From Candidatus Aenigmatarchaeota archaeon (GTDB lineage: Archaea > Aenigmatarchaeota > Aenigmatarchaeia > QMZP01 > QMZT01), in the NCBI GenBank assembly GCA_043808015.1, contig JAZDFI010000007.1, forward strand, positions 930-64,929: a DNA stretch of 64,000 nucleotides, given 5' to 3'. Below the pieces are notes generated by a model. That model had not been told where the DNA came from. It searched no databases and was given only the letters and a program-made list of their open reading frames with translations. Of the stretch, positions 62,938-64,000 are shown piece after piece (within the stretch, counting starts at the first letter, position 1; each line of letters opens with the position of its first letter). The position numbers were made by a program, and so were the translations under genes.

Positions 62938-64000
62938 ATGGACGAAGATTCAAATTTGACAAAGGACCTCACGGATAAGCTATCGACTCTCGAGGACCTG
63001 CAGAACCTCACGCAGCTCGACATACTCAACATGAAGAACGAGGTCGAGAAGCTCAAGCTCACTTCGTCGTCTCCGCTTCCCAAGGAAACCGAGGAAAGGA
63101 TAATGATGCTCCAGTCCATCGCTAAAGACGTAGAGATGTTCAAGCGGTGGAAGCAGACGGTCGAGGAAGTCAAGTTCCTGCGCGACAGGCTGATGGGCAT
63201 TTCGCCTGTCAATGTCACGCCAGAGGACGCCGGAGACTTCGAACAGATGAAAAGGAGCATAGAGGAAATGCGCGCCGAGATCGCCTCGAAGAAGAGCGCG
63301 CCAATCGACCTGGACGACATAAAGCTGGCCATACAGGAGAACAGGAAGGCCGTGGAGAATCTCAAGTTAATGATAACCGACAAGCCGAAGGGCGCGATGC
63401 CCGACGCCGAGCCGCTGAGGAAGATGGTGACCGAGAACAGGAGAATCGTCGACGACCTCAAGATGAAGATGGACGTTTCCAATTTCGAAGTCCCGGCAGG
63501 CATGCGGCGGGATATCGAAAGCCTTCACGCTGAAATAAACAACCTCGAGGGCGAGGTCAGGAAAATCAAAACCGACAAAATCGTTCCTCGCTCGAATGAC
63601 GACATGGACCACCTGAGAAACGAGCTGTTCAGCAAGCTGGACGATCTCAACGTCAAATTCGGGCCGAAGAGCTCAGAAGAAGTGAAAAAGGCGATGGAAG
63701 CCAACAAGGCGAGCATCGACAAGCTGAAGGCGCTCATATCCGGGGAGGAGATGAGCATCGAGAGCCTGAAGCAGGAGATGGGCGAGAACAGGAAGTTCAT
63801 GACGGAGATAAAGAGCGTCCTGCTTTCCAAAAGCGCGACTACAGGCAAGAAAATCACTCTTACGCAGGACCCTGACATAAAGACCAAGCTTTCGAAGATG
63901 GAGCAGAGAATCGAGATGCTGGCCGCCAGGATGGAGAAGCTTAACGACCTTAAGCCGATAAAGCTGCCCGACTTCGAGCCGTCTCCAGCGGCGGCGAAGG
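62938..64000 (+). CDS. Long coiled-coil protein (3' partial; open to window end), not in ORF track
   Basis: ATG at 62938. 354 codons with no stop through nt 64000. Heptad-rich (LEDLQNLTQLDILNMKNEVEKLKL..., repeated K/E-rich segments). Confidence 0.55.
   Translation, partial: MDEDSNLTKDLTDKLSTLEDLQNLTQLDILNMKNEVEKLKLTSSSPLPKETEERIMMLQSIAKDVEMFKRWKQTVEEVKFLRDRLMGISPVNVTPEDAGDFEQMKRSIEEMRAEIASKKSAPIDLDDIKLAIQENRKAVENLKLMITDKPKGAMPDAEPLRKMVTENRRIVDDLKMKMDVSNFEVPAGMRRDIESLHAEINNLEGEVRKIKTDKIVPRSNDDMDHLRNELFSKLDDLNVKFGPKSSEEVKKAMEANKASIDKLKALISGEEMSIESLKQEMGENRKFMTEIKSVLLSKSATTGKKITLTQDPDIKTKLSKMEQRIEMLAARMEKLNDLKPIKLPDFEPSPAAAK

Noticed and set aside
1-64000. CRISPR arrays, IS elements with terminal inverted repeats, rRNA genes
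   Set aside because: Looked for regularly spaced direct repeats and transposase/integrase-like ORFs; none found. The only repeat family is the three att-like copies at 53.9-54.8 kb.

Overview
Dense, mostly syntenic archaeal chromosomal segment (about 55-58% GC, genes on both strands, several 4-nt ATGA start/stop overlaps). The gene content is archaeal throughout: RFC small and large subunits, an AlaX fragment, CysRS, aTrm56, Cdc48, the L7Ae-S28e-L24e operon, EF-1beta with its Zn-ribbon partner, S5-L30-L15-SecY, L10e, Bud32, a SAMP next to an NcsA/TtuA tRNA thiolase, chromatin protein MC1, and five tRNA genes of which three carry introns. Metabolic genes include RpiB, Rpe, transaldolase, UDP-glucose dehydrogenase, an RHH-fused sugar nucleotidyltransferase, and a group-4 [NiFe]-hydrogenase module (large subunit with a cleavable C-terminal extension, NuoH-like and NuoI-like subunits, HycI protease) that has no small-subunit gene. 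Accessory content: two tiny lower-GC cassettes in tandem, each preceded by a direct repeat copying the 3' end of the adjacent nucleotidyltransferase gene; a cluster of archaeal type-IV-pilin-like genes followed by a long coiled-coil ORF that runs off the window; a wHTH / GG-ending small ORF / Cdc48 operon; a Fap7(AK6)-DUF359 fusion; an EF-Tu-like pseudo-GTPase; a Kazal/DUF333 secreted protein; an Ala-rich Imm5-like gene after secY; and an AT-rich islet. The ORF track uses GTG/TTG as starts in places, so several gene starts were moved to the nearest ATG that has a plausible TATA box or SD. All functional calls rest on motif recognition by eye and need database confirmation.
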